From Candidatus Altimarinota bacterium (GTDB lineage: Bacteria > Patescibacteriota > Gracilibacteria > CAIRYL01 > GCA-016699755): DNA of 64,000 nt. Where the stretch lies: contig OY760935.1 in the NCBI GenBank assembly GCA_963664295.1, positions 416,001 to 480,000 of the forward strand. Direction: 5' to 3'. How positions within the stretch are numbered: position 1 is the first letter of the stretch; the number at the start of each line of letters is the position of its first letter. The position numbers were made by a program, and so were the translations under genes. Below the pieces are notes generated by a model that saw only the letters and a program-made list of their open reading frames with translations, was not told the DNA's origin and did not search any database. Shown here piece after piece: positions 43,857 to 53,310 of the stretch.

Positions 43857-46800
43857 AATAATGCTTCAACTTTTTTCATAAGTTCCTCACAAGCAAGATA
43901 TTGAGCAATAGTATGCTTATCTTTTCCCTTACCTCTTAGCTCTAAGTACTTTTGATAATGAGGATCATTTTTCATTAAATTTAAATCACCTAATTTTTTC
44001 ATATAATCTTCATATCGATCAAAAAACGGTTGCAAAAGCTCATCTCCTTCCCATGCTTCTGTGTTTCCAAACCATTTTTTTGCCCAGCTCCACTGATAAG
44101 CAGTCTCAAAATTAATTTCAGATGAAATATTATACTTGCTTCTCATTTGCAAATAAATTGCCTCCAAAGTTGGCCTTATCTCATCTTTTCTAGTAGGACT
44201 AGCGCTATGATATTCATGCATCATATTATCAAGACCTTTCAAAAAAGGTTTATATTTATCATCTCCTTCTAATGCCTCTAAAGGCTCTTCTCGTTTAACA
44301 GGAGCACCATCCTGAACTTCATAGTTTTTCAAAAAATAATCAGTAAGCTCATAAGCAACTAATGCTTTTAATACTCTATCTGAACAATATTTATATGCCG
44401 CACTTATCTCTAGCTCAAAATAATGCACATCTTCACCATACATATTCTGCTCTGTATGCACATTAGATATTTTTACCAATTCATCACCTATGTCTTCTCT
44501 GCCTAATCTTTCTGCAAACTCTCCTTCATATTTATTAAACCAACCAATATTTCTTTCTTTTCTAGGAAACCTTATATCACCAAAAGCTTCTAGGCTACCA
44601 ATAAACCTGCCATTGAGAAAACTTTTTACAGACCTTAAGTTTCTAGTAGGTAATTCTGAAGCTCCTGCAATATCAAAGCGTATTTCTTCAAATACTTGCT
44701 CTTCCGACAAATCAATATTAAATCTTCTATCTTGATCATCCATAATGCCATCTCTATCAGTATCTCTAAATCTCAAATTTTCCCTTTCATCAGGCCACAT
44801 AAGATTGCCTTCATCATGATCTCTGCCACTATTTGTATAGTTCAAAATTTCATATCTTTTATATAAATCTTCCCTCATTTCTTTGTATGTTTTTCTTTTT
44901 GTCATGCCTCGAATGAGAGTATCAAGTGCATAAGCATCATCATTACCACGAGTCATTCTTCTGTTTCCAAAAAAATGTGCTTTTGGAAACAAATATTTAA
45001 CATCCGGAGCATAGTAACTCATACTACTACAAGCCGCAAAAAACACCTGTTTATAAAGATCTATATTTCTTTCTCCTTTTGGAGCACTATTTATACTTTG
45101 TGCTAGCTCATTTCCTCCTCCAGCATGACCAAAATAAACAATTCCATCAATTTCTTCATTATTGATCATATCAAATACATTATTTTCAAAACCCTGCTTT
45201 TTTAAACTAGGCTTCACAATCTGCAATTCAATTTCCACTCCATTTAAAGTTTTTTGATATAAATAAAGCTCTTTTCCTTCGCCATTTGCAACTTTCGTCA
45301 CCAAATAGCCTTTTTTATTAACTTTACCCAAAGTTGGTTTGCCTAAAATCTGCGCTTGCCATTGTTCAAAAAAAGGCTGACTCAAAAAATTAATTCTATA
45401 AGTAATTTTTCCATCTTTTAAAATCTCATCATAATTTGGAGATTTAGGTAATATATTTTCTATTTCATTATCTACATAATCTTTTAAGTGCTGATTTTCA
45501 ATCCATCTTTCTTTTGATACCAATATTTGGTTAATCAGACCCCCTATTCTCTTATCAGATTTTATAATTTTCAATAATCTATCCACATATTTACTATCCC
45601 CAGGTGCACGACTGGAAAGCGTCATAACCATTGAAACAAAAGAATAAGTCACCTGGCTTTCGATCTCAGCCATGGTCTCAAACGAAATTTCTTTATTTTT
45701 ATTAATCTCAAAACTATCTTTTTCTTCAAAAAAACCAAACATAATTTCAATAATTTCATCATGAAACCTGCTAAAATCTTCATAATAAATCAATTGACCC
45801 AATTTATCAAAAGCATTTTGTGTAGTTTTTTTATCACTTGAACTTCTAACCACATCAAGTGTTTTTGTTATAATTTCTTCTTGTATTTCTGGTGGCACAA
45901 ACCTCAGTGTTCTCACATCTGACATAAATGAATAAATACGACCCCTCTCTTCATCTGTAAACTCATCTAAACGATCATAAAGCATTATTAATAACTCTTT
46001 TTTAACCTCCTTAGGCACCACAAAATCAGGATCAAGGATAAGATGTAATATTTTTCCTAGAATTATTTCATTGATTTCTTCTCCGCAACAATTAATTTGT
46101 TTACCCATATACTCTTTTACAATTTTTCTGCGATTCTCATCCCTCATCCTAAGTATATTAGCCAAGTGATCAACACTACTTGTAATAGATGTTTTTAATA
46201 TTATTTTTTCTTCATGATCTTTGGTTTCATTAAATCTTTTTATGTTTCCATCCAGGCCTTTTAATAATTTTTTCTTTTGATTTTCTGAGACTTTATCAAA
46301 ATATTGTGGTCTAAACAAAAAATCCAATAAATCCAAACTTCCTTTAAATTTACGACCTTTTTTCCCTAAATAAAAATCAATAAGCAAAGACAAAAAACTT
46401 TCTATACCCTTTTCAAGTGCTGGTTTTAATTCTTTTTCTGTTATTTCAACAGAAAAAATATTTTTTAAAAAATAAAAATCTTTTTCAAAAAAATCTCTAA
46501 CCAAAAATTTATCTTTTATGCTATCAATTTTATCAGCAACATTATTGGTAAATTCTTCTCTTGATGCAACAGGCTTATTGCTAACACTATACATCAATTG
46601 ACCATCTTTATATTTTACTGTACCAAGTGAGATCTTTTGGCGATCATGAATAAATCCTACTTTGACTAAAAAATATCCATCTCCATCACGCATATCAAAA
46701 TAAGCTGATTCTTCAAATTGAACATAAGTTCCGCTATAGCCTATATCTAAAAATTGTTTTTCCAATAAATCCTCCTCTCTCATAAGTAAAGTTTTTTCAT

Positions 46801-48883
46801 TTTCACATTCTTTTTCCCATTCAGCTTTTTCTTCCTGAAAACTAACCTGCACACTCCTAAGCCATTCTTCTATTTCTGCATGATGAGTAATAAAATCATC
46901 GGTTGTTTTTAGTTTACTTTCAAATTTCTCAACAAATTCATCTCCTAATTTTTGTGAACTATAATGAAGCACTCTTTCGCCATGCTGTGTTGAAGTAGAT
47001 ATGCCGGCAAAAAGATTCATTTTTCTAAAAGCTAACTGCGAACCATTAAAAACAAGCGGAAATTCCAATCTAAACATTTCGCTTTTAACATAAAGAGCAT
47101 AGCCCTTGCCATATACGTTGTAATTATGCTGAACATTAAGTTTAAAATTAAAAATTTCAAACTTATTATTAAGCATGTTTACAAACTCATTACATTTTGC
47201 AGTTATTTTTCTCTCTTTTTCTTTGGCCTCTTCAGCTTGCTTGTACGTTTTCTCTTCTTTTGACTCAATAATGTGAATAATTTTTCGCAAAAATTCATAA
47301 TTTGTGAGCTCATCAACAGTTTGCTGGATAGTCGTAATACCTCCTTCAATAAATAATTCTTTTATCTCTGGTGAAATTCTAGTAATTTTTTCAGTTTCAA
47401 AATCAAAAGTTATGCCAACAGCAGCGCGCTCGCTAAAACCTGAACCTAAATATTTATACAAAGTAATACTATTGTCATCGGCAAAAAAATGTAAATCTCT
47501 TGCATGTCTTTCTATGTATCTTCCTATTTTTTTTAAGGAAGAACGTGTTTCTATTTTTCTTTTAGCTTCCTTAATATCAGAAGCATAAGTATGAATGTCT
47601 TTTATATTCTTAAAACCTTTTTTCTTTAAAAGCTTATAAATATATGATGTCTCACCCCATACTAAATCTTCAGTCTCTTGATAATCTATATTCAAATCTT
47701 CATCTACCATAAAAACAATATTGTTAATAAGAATTCCATTTTTTCTATATTCGCTAGTGCCAAGATAAATACCTTTGATAGGATCTTTGCGAAATTCTGT
47801 TATAAAATCTGCTATAGCACTTTCAGTTTTTACTAAGTCAAGCTCTTCTTTTATTATATCATTAACACTTGTTTCTTTTTTTACTAAAAGTTCTGTATTG
47901 CTATCAACAAACTGCTTTAACGATTCATTTGTATTATAACTTGAATGTTTATGTAAAACAGAAATTAAGCCTTTTTTATTTCTACCCTCTTCAGATATAA
48001 ATATTGTTGCAATATCTAAAACAACAGAGGTATCATCCACAAAAAACAAATCTTGCGCCTTATAATAATACATTCTGCTAAAAAAAGTTTCTAATTGATC
48101 TTTTGATAAATATTCAGCATATTGAATTAAAGCATTGGGCTTCATGAGAGCCATTTTTACTACCAAATAATCAAAAAAACCATTTACAGAAAGACTTGAG
48201 TGACAAGCGTCTCTAATTTTTGGGTTTCTATAATTTGTTAAAAATTGCTCCAATGAATCTATATCAACTTGATTCCCTTTAATAAAAAAATCTTTTTTGG
48301 TGTTTTTTGCAAGTGCCCCGATTTCATCAAGCGGAAACCAGCTAAACATTATAATAAGCCTCTGTTTTTCCTGAGGAGTAAAAAACTCATCTCCTCCCTC
48401 AAAAGGAACCATTTTATCCACATAAAGAGGACAAAACCATTCTTGCACCAAAAAATCAAAACCTTCTTTTTCAAAATATTCACTTGTTTCTAAGTATTCA
48501 CTTTTAAATTCAGTATTTTTTTCACCACTCTTATACTCACTAATATCTAACCCTAATTCTTTAATAATTTTTTTTACGCTTTCTAATAACAATTTTTGTT
48601 CTGAGTTTAATTGAGTTTTTTCCAACTGAGAAATTTGTGTTAAATAAAGCTTAAATCTTGTTTCAGTTTGCTCTAATAAGGTTTTTTCTTGTTTTTCTGC
48701 TGATTCTAATTTTTTATCTATATCACTTACTTTGTCTGTGTTTTTATCAAAATTTTCAAGGCTTTTGCGTAATTCTTTCAATCTTTCTTTAGTTGCTTTT
48801 TCTGGCAAGCCCAAAAATCCCTCACCTGGAGACTGATTTTGCTTAAAAATTAATCTTTGCTCATTAAAAAATCTATTCTTCAT
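43853..48883 (-). CDS. Giant hypothetical protein (1676 aa) with a clan-CD-like His/Cys motif near the C-terminus
   Basis: Uninterrupted ORF; DGIVYFGHAGGG and VFFAACSS motifs, then DTDRDGIMDDQD Ca-binding-like motif. Confidence 0.8.
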   Translation of the reverse strand: MKNRFFNEQRLIFKQNQSPGEGFLGLPEKATKERLKELRKSLENFDKNTDKVSDIDKKLESAEKQEKTLLEQTETRFKLYLTQISQLEKTQLNSEQKLLLESVKKIIKELGLDISEYKSGEKNTEFKSEYLETSEYFEKEGFDFLVQEWFCPLYVDKMVPFEGGDEFFTPQEKQRLIIMFSWFPLDEIGALAKNTKKDFFIKGNQVDIDSLEQFLTNYRNPKIRDACHSSLSVNGFFDYLVVKMALMKPNALIQYAEYLSKDQLETFFSRMYYYKAQDLFFVDDTSVVLDIATIFISEEGRNKKGLISVLHKHSSYNTNESLKQFVDSNTELLVKKETSVNDIIKEELDLVKTESAIADFITEFRKDPIKGIYLGTSEYRKNGILINNIVFMVDEDLNIDYQETEDLVWGETSYIYKLLKKKGFKNIKDIHTYASDIKEAKRKIETRSSLKKIGRYIERHARDLHFFADDNSITLYKYLGSGFSERAAVGITFDFETEKITRISPEIKELFIEGGITTIQQTVDELTNYEFLRKIIHIIESKEEKTYKQAEEAKEKERKITAKCNEFVNMLNNKFEIFNFKLNVQHNYNVYGKGYALYVKSEMFRLEFPLVFNGSQLAFRKMNLFAGISTSTQHGERVLHYSSQKLGDEFVEKFESKLKTTDDFITHHAEIEEWLRSVQVSFQEEKAEWEKECENEKTLLMREEDLLEKQFLDIGYSGTYVQFEESAYFDMRDGDGYFLVKVGFIHDRQKISLGTVKYKDGQLMYSVSNKPVASREEFTNNVADKIDSIKDKFLVRDFFEKDFYFLKNIFSVEITEKELKPALEKGIESFLSLLIDFYLGKKGRKFKGSLDLLDFLFRPQYFDKVSENQKKKLLKGLDGNIKRFNETKDHEEKIILKTSITSSVDHLANILRMRDENRRKIVKEYMGKQINCCGEEINEIILGKILHLILDPDFVVPKEVKKELLIMLYDRLDEFTDEERGRIYSFMSDVRTLRFVPPEIQEEIITKTLDVVRSSSDKKTTQNAFDKLGQLIYYEDFSRFHDEIIEIMFGFFEEKDSFEINKNKEISFETMAEIESQVTYSFVSMVMTLSSRAPGDSKYVDRLLKIIKSDKRIGGLINQILVSKERWIENQHLKDYVDNEIENILPKSPNYDEILKDGKITYRINFLSQPFFEQWQAQILGKPTLGKVNKKGYLVTKVANGEGKELYLYQKTLNGVEIELQIVKPSLKKQGFENNVFDMINNEEIDGIVYFGHAGGGNELAQSINSAPKGERNIDLYKQVFFAACSSMSYYAPDVKYLFPKAHFFGNRRMTRGNDDAYALDTLIRGMTKRKTYKEMREDLYKRYEILNYTNSGRDHDEGNLMWPDERENLRFRDTDRDGIMDDQDRRFNIDLSEEQVFEEIRFDIAGASELPTRNLRSVKSFLNGRFIGSLEAFGDIRFPRKERNIGWFNKYEGEFAERLGREDIGDELVKISNVHTEQNMYGEDVHYFELEISAAYKYCSDRVLKALVAYELTDYFLKNYEVQDGAPVKREEPLEALEGDDKYKPFLKGLDNMMHEYHSASPTRKDEIRPTLEAIYLQMRSKYNISSEINFETAYQWSWAKKWFGNTEAWEGDELLQPFFDRYEDYMKKLGDLNLMKNDPHYQKYLELRGKGKDKHTIAQYLACEELMKKVEALF

Positions 48884-48895
48884 TTTTTTAAAAAA

Positions 48896-49045
48896 CTAAT
48901 CAGAAATATTATTAAGATCACTGTCTAGTTGAATTTCTTTTAATCTGTCTTCAACTAAGTCCAGTTTTTTATTTATTTTTCTCAATTTTTTAATATTATT
49001 TTGTTTTTTTTGCAATAATTCTTCTTTTTGCTTTTCATTAGTCAT
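48896..49045 (-). CDS. Unannotated 49-aa coiled-coil-like ORF upstream of the giant gene
   Basis: Manually translated MTNEKQKEELLQKKQNNIKKLRKINKKLDLVEDRLKEIQLDSDLNNISD*, ending 12 nt before the giant ORF start. Confidence 0.55.
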   Translation of the reverse strand: MTNEKQKEELLQKKQNNIKKLRKINKKLDLVEDRLKEIQLDSDLNNISD

Positions 49046-49176
49046 TTTTTTGTTTTTATATCATAATATTTTAACATAAAAATACAAAAAAAGCAATAAT
49101 ACAGCAAAAATATACCTAATAATTGATAAATAGCTTTATTTAGGGTATAATTTAAAGAATAATAAATAAAATAAAA

Positions 49177-51798
49177 ATGCAAAAAATATGGCAAAAAAAT
49201 CCAACTGAAGTTTTTGACAACTTTGCAAAAAAATCACAATTCAATCAAGGATTAAGCACAAAAGAAGCAAAAGAAAACTTCTTAAAATATGGAGAAAATA
49301 AAATTCCAGAGAAAAAAAGATCGCTAATAAAAATGTTTTTATCGCAATTTGCTAATTTTTTAATTGGTATTTTATTTATTGCATTAGTTATTTCTATTGT
49401 TATTCCTTTTTTTGAACACAAAAATCCAACAATAATCAATTTTGCTGACGCAATTGTAATTGGCGCTATTATGATTGTTAATGCACTTTTTGGCTTTTGG
49501 GAAGAATTTAAAGTTGAAAAAGAAATAGAAACCTTAAGCCAGTTATCAAGCCCAAAAACCAAAGTATTGCGTGATGGCGAAGTAAAAATTATTGACTCAT
49601 CTCAAATAGTTCCTGGGGATATTATTATTTTTGAAGAAGGTGATCAAGTCTCTGCTGATGCCAGAATTATTGAATCAATTAATATGCTTGTTAATGAGTC
49701 TCTTTTAACTGGTGAATCTGCACCTGTGTCTAAGTTTATTAAAAAAATTTCACAAGAAAAATTAGCACTTGCTGATCAACTTAACATTGCCTTTGCTGGC
49801 ACACAAGTCATTCGCGGACATGGCAAAGCAGTTGTTTATGGCACTGGTATAAATACAGAAATTGGCAAAATTGCCACTCTTGTTTCTGAGAGCACAAAAA
49901 TTGAAACTCCTCTACAAAGAAAAATTAAAAAACTGAGTAAATTCCTTGGAGCTGTTGTTTTAGCGATTTGTGCTGTGATTTTCATAATTGGACTTATCTT
50001 TAATAAACCTTTGATTGAAATTTTTCTTCTTTCTGTTGCTTTGACAGTTTCGGCTGTACCAGAAGGTTTACCAGCGGTAATTACAATTTCTTTGGCACTG
50101 GGAGCAAAAAAAATGCTTGAAAAAAATGTATTGGTACGCAAATTAGAGTCTATTGAAAACCTTGGTGCTATAAATGTAATTTGTAGCGACAAAACAGGCA
50201 CAATCACAAAAAATCAAATGGAGCTTCAAAAATATTATTGTGAAGGTGAAATATATCAAGCTAATGAGATTGCAAAAAATAAAAAAAGTTTTGATCAAAT
50301 TATAGAAGTAGCTATTAATTGTAACTCTGTAATTTCTGAAGAAATTGGTGATCCAACAGAAGTTGCTCTTTATGTTTATGCAAAAGAGCAAAAAGCAAAA
50401 AAATATGAAAAAATAGATGAAATCCCCTTCTCATCAGAAGACAAATTCATGGCAACCATGCACAAAATCGATGGTGAACACATTATTTACAAAAAAGGAG
50501 CTATTGAGGTTGTGCTTAAGGAATGCGAAAAAACCTTAGAAAAAGGCAAAATTCGTAATTTTAAAACAAAAGAAAAAGAAAAAATATTTTCACTAGCAGA
50601 AGAATTAGCAAAAGAAAATTACCGTATTCTTGCTTTTTCATACAAAACAACAAACAAAAATGAAATAAAAGAACATGAACACGAGATGATATTTGCTGGC
50701 TTTGTTTGTTTAATGGATCCTCCACGACCACACGCAAAAAAATCTATTGCTGAAGCAAAAAGCGCAGGAATAAGAACAATAATGATAACTGGAGACAATA
50801 TTACAACAGCCAAAGCAATAGCAAATAGCGTAGGAATTGAGGGCGAAGGAATGACTGGACAAGAGCTAGAAGAATTGAGCGAAAAAGAACTAGAAAAAAA
50901 ATTAAAAACATACTCTATTTTTGCCAGAGTAAACCCAGAACACAAAATGCGCATTTTAAAAGCTTTACAAAAAAAAGGATTAGTTGTTTCTATGACTGGA
51001 GATGGAGTAAACGACGCACCAGCTTTAAAAAGTGCTGATGTTGGCGTTGCCATGGGCAATAAAGGCACAGACACAGCCAGAGCAGCCTCAGACATCATTC
51101 TCCTTTATGATGATTTTTCTGATATTCCGCGAGGCATATTCACAGGTAGAACAATTGATGATAATATTCAAAAATTCATAGTTTTTCTTTTATCTTGCAA
51201 CTTTAAAGAAATAATTATCGTACTTTTTTCTATTCTTTTTGCCTTACCACTCCCCTTTCTGCCTATTCATATTTTGTGGCTTAATCTCGTCACAGACAGC
51301 TTTCCAGCTCTTGCACTTTCTAATGAACCAGCAGAAAAAGACATCAAAACCCGTCCACCAAAAAAGCGTAATGAAAGTATTTTTGAAGGCAAAAAAGCAT
51401 ATATTATTTTTGCTACTCTTATTGGTTCAATTGTTGTAATTTTAAGTTTTGCAATGTTCTCAAATTGGTTTAGTGATTTCAGTAGCATAAATCACATTCG
51501 TTCTGCTGTTATTTTACAGGCTATTTTCCTTGAAATGCTTTTTGTTTTTTCTGTACGTACTGATGATTTTATTTTCAATAAACACTTTTTCACAAATAAA
51601 TATCTACATGCTTCCGTTGTATTGGTTATTTGTTTGCACTTTATATTAATGAGCACACCTATATTGTCGCAATTTTTCCAAATTGAAATGCTGACATCAT
51701 CAGAAATTTTATTAATTTTAATCTTAGCACTAATTGGAGTTCTTGCTCTTGAAATAATAAAATTTTTCTCAAAAAAACTAAAATGCGCTAAAATTTAG
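49177..51798 (+). CDS. P-type cation-transporting ATPase (P2A, Ca2+-like)
   Basis: LTGES, VPEGLP, DKTGT, KGA, MITGDN, TGDGVND, LWLNLVTD. Confidence 0.95.
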   Translation: MQKIWQKNPTEVFDNFAKKSQFNQGLSTKEAKENFLKYGENKIPEKKRSLIKMFLSQFANFLIGILFIALVISIVIPFFEHKNPTIINFADAIVIGAIMIVNALFGFWEEFKVEKEIETLSQLSSPKTKVLRDGEVKIIDSSQIVPGDIIIFEEGDQVSADARIIESINMLVNESLLTGESAPVSKFIKKISQEKLALADQLNIAFAGTQVIRGHGKAVVYGTGINTEIGKIATLVSESTKIETPLQRKIKKLSKFLGAVVLAICAVIFIIGLIFNKPLIEIFLLSVALTVSAVPEGLPAVITISLALGAKKMLEKNVLVRKLESIENLGAINVICSDKTGTITKNQMELQKYYCEGEIYQANEIAKNKKSFDQIIEVAINCNSVISEEIGDPTEVALYVYAKEQKAKKYEKIDEIPFSSEDKFMATMHKIDGEHIIYKKGAIEVVLKECEKTLEKGKIRNFKTKEKEKIFSLAEELAKENYRILAFSYKTTNKNEIKEHEHEMIFAGFVCLMDPPRPHAKKSIAEAKSAGIRTIMITGDNITTAKAIANSVGIEGEGMTGQELEELSEKELEKKLKTYSIFARVNPEHKMRILKALQKKGLVVSMTGDGVNDAPALKSADVGVAMGNKGTDTARAASDIILLYDDFSDIPRGIFTGRTIDDNIQKFIVFLLSCNFKEIIIVLFSILFALPLPFLPIHILWLNLVTDSFPALALSNEPAEKDIKTRPPKKRNESIFEGKKAYIIFATLIGSIVVILSFAMFSNWFSDFSSINHIRSAVILQAIFLEMLFVFSVRTDDFIFNKHFFTNKYLHASVVLVICLHFILMSTPILSQFFQIEMLTSSEILLILILALIGVLALEIIKFFSKKLKCAKI

Positions 51799-51801
51799 CG
51801 T

Positions 51802-52578
51802 ATGAAAATAATAACTTGGAATGTAAATGGTGTTCGTGCAATTTATAAAAAAGGTTTTTCAGATTGGCTAAAAAAAGAAAATGCGGATATTGTTTGCCTT
51901 CAGGAAACAAAAGCAGATCCAAAAATATTATCTGATGAATTCAAAAAACCATTAGATTATTTTTCATATTGGAATAATGGCTCAAAAAGCGGTTATTCCG
52001 GAGTTGTCACTTATTCCAAAGTTCAACCCTTGGAAATCACGAATAAATTTCCAAAAACACCCGAATTTCACGAAGAAGGGCGTGTTGTTGAGACAAAATA
52101 TTCTGATTTTACCTTATTAAATATTTATTTCCCCAATGGTGGTACTCGTGCAGATGGTACAGAAATGTTGAGTTATAAACTAAGATTTTATGATTTATTT
52201 ATTGATTATGTGCAAAAAAAGCACAAAAAGGGCGAAAGCGTGATTATTTGCGGTGATTTTAATATCGCTCACACAGAAATAGACATTGCCCGCCCCAAAG
52301 AAAATGAACATTCAATTGGCTTTTTGCCAGAAGAAAGAATAAAGCTGGATAAGCTTATTAAAACTGGCTTTGTTGATATTTTTCGCTGGAAAAATCCCAA
52401 GCTAAAGGATCAATATACTTGGTGGTCATATAGAACTCGTGCCAGAGAGCGTAATGTTGGCTGGAGACTAGATTATTTTTTTGTTTCTCCTGATTTAAAA
52501 AAACGAATAAAAAAAATTGAGATTTTGACTGATGTAATGGGCTCAGACCACTGTCCTGTATTGTTAGAAATTAATTAA
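51802..52578 (+). CDS. xth: Exodeoxyribonuclease III
   Basis: TWNVNG, CLQETK, GYSGV, YFPNG, CGDFNIAH, YTWWSYR, GWRLDYF, SDHCPV. Confidence 0.96.
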   Translation: MKIITWNVNGVRAIYKKGFSDWLKKENADIVCLQETKADPKILSDEFKKPLDYFSYWNNGSKSGYSGVVTYSKVQPLEITNKFPKTPEFHEEGRVVETKYSDFTLLNIYFPNGGTRADGTEMLSYKLRFYDLFIDYVQKKHKKGESVIICGDFNIAHTEIDIARPKENEHSIGFLPEERIKLDKLIKTGFVDIFRWKNPKLKDQYTWWSYRTRARERNVGWRLDYFFVSPDLKKRIKKIEILTDVMGSDHCPVLLEIN

Positions 52579-52614
52579 CAATCTAAATTGCAAATAAACC
52601 TGCTCCCTTTTCTG

Positions 52615-53120
52615 CTATTCCGAGTTAACCTGTCTTTTTGAGCATAAAACACACCCTTTCTGTCATTATGAGCGTAATGAAACGGAGCGAAGAATCTCCT
52701 TGTCCATTTGCTCAAGCCCTATCTTGTCATTGCGGACTTTTTGGGTTGTCATTGCGGACTTGATCCGCAATCTCCTTGTCCATGTGCTCAAGCCCTATCT
52801 TGTCATTGCGGACTTTTTGGGTTGTCATTGCGGACTTGATCCGCAATCTCCTTGTCCATGTGCTCAAGCCCTATCTTGTCATTGCGGACTTTTTGGGTTG
52901 TCATTGCGGACTTGATCCGCAATCTCCTTGTCCATGTGCTCAAGTCCTATCTTGTCATTGCGGACTTTTTGGGTTGTCATTGCGGGCTACGACCCGCAAT
53001 CTCCTTGTCCATGTGCTCAAGTCCTGCCTTGGGCAATTCAACAGTAATGACAACGGGAGATCCTTCGCTTCGCCTAAAGGCTCGCTCAGGATGACAAAGT
53101 AAGGAGAGCTCAAAATGACA
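52615..53120. repeat. GTCAT-headed REP/REPIN-like cluster, locus C, with an internal 76-bp tandem amplification
   Basis: Units begin at 52701, 52777, 52853, 52929 and 53006, each with GTCATTGCGGACTTGATCCGCAATCTCC-type hairpin; flanked by the same left and right modules as loci A and B. Confidence 0.92.
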
Positions 53121-53255
53121 AAAAAGCACTTAAGATAAAAAAATAACCTGCTTCGTCGCCCACCTAAGCAAATCCCTTGCAATAACAAAAAACACAAAAA
53201 ATAAAAACAATTAAAAAAAATTCATTGCCCTAGATAAAGCCAAATACTCAACACT

Positions 53256-53300
53256 AAAAATGTATTACTGTACCAGTACACTAATACAGTAATACAAAAA
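53256..53300 (-). terminator. Perfect 12-bp inverted repeat, likely terminator of the minus-strand run
   Basis: TGTATTACTGTA (53261-72) / TACAGTAATACA (53285-96), followed by TTTTT on the minus strand. Confidence 0.6.
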
Positions 53301-53310
53301 TAAAATTAAT

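Noticed and set aside
52701-53030. CRISPR interpretation of the 76-bp repeats
   Set aside because: Whole units are duplicated with no variable spacers.
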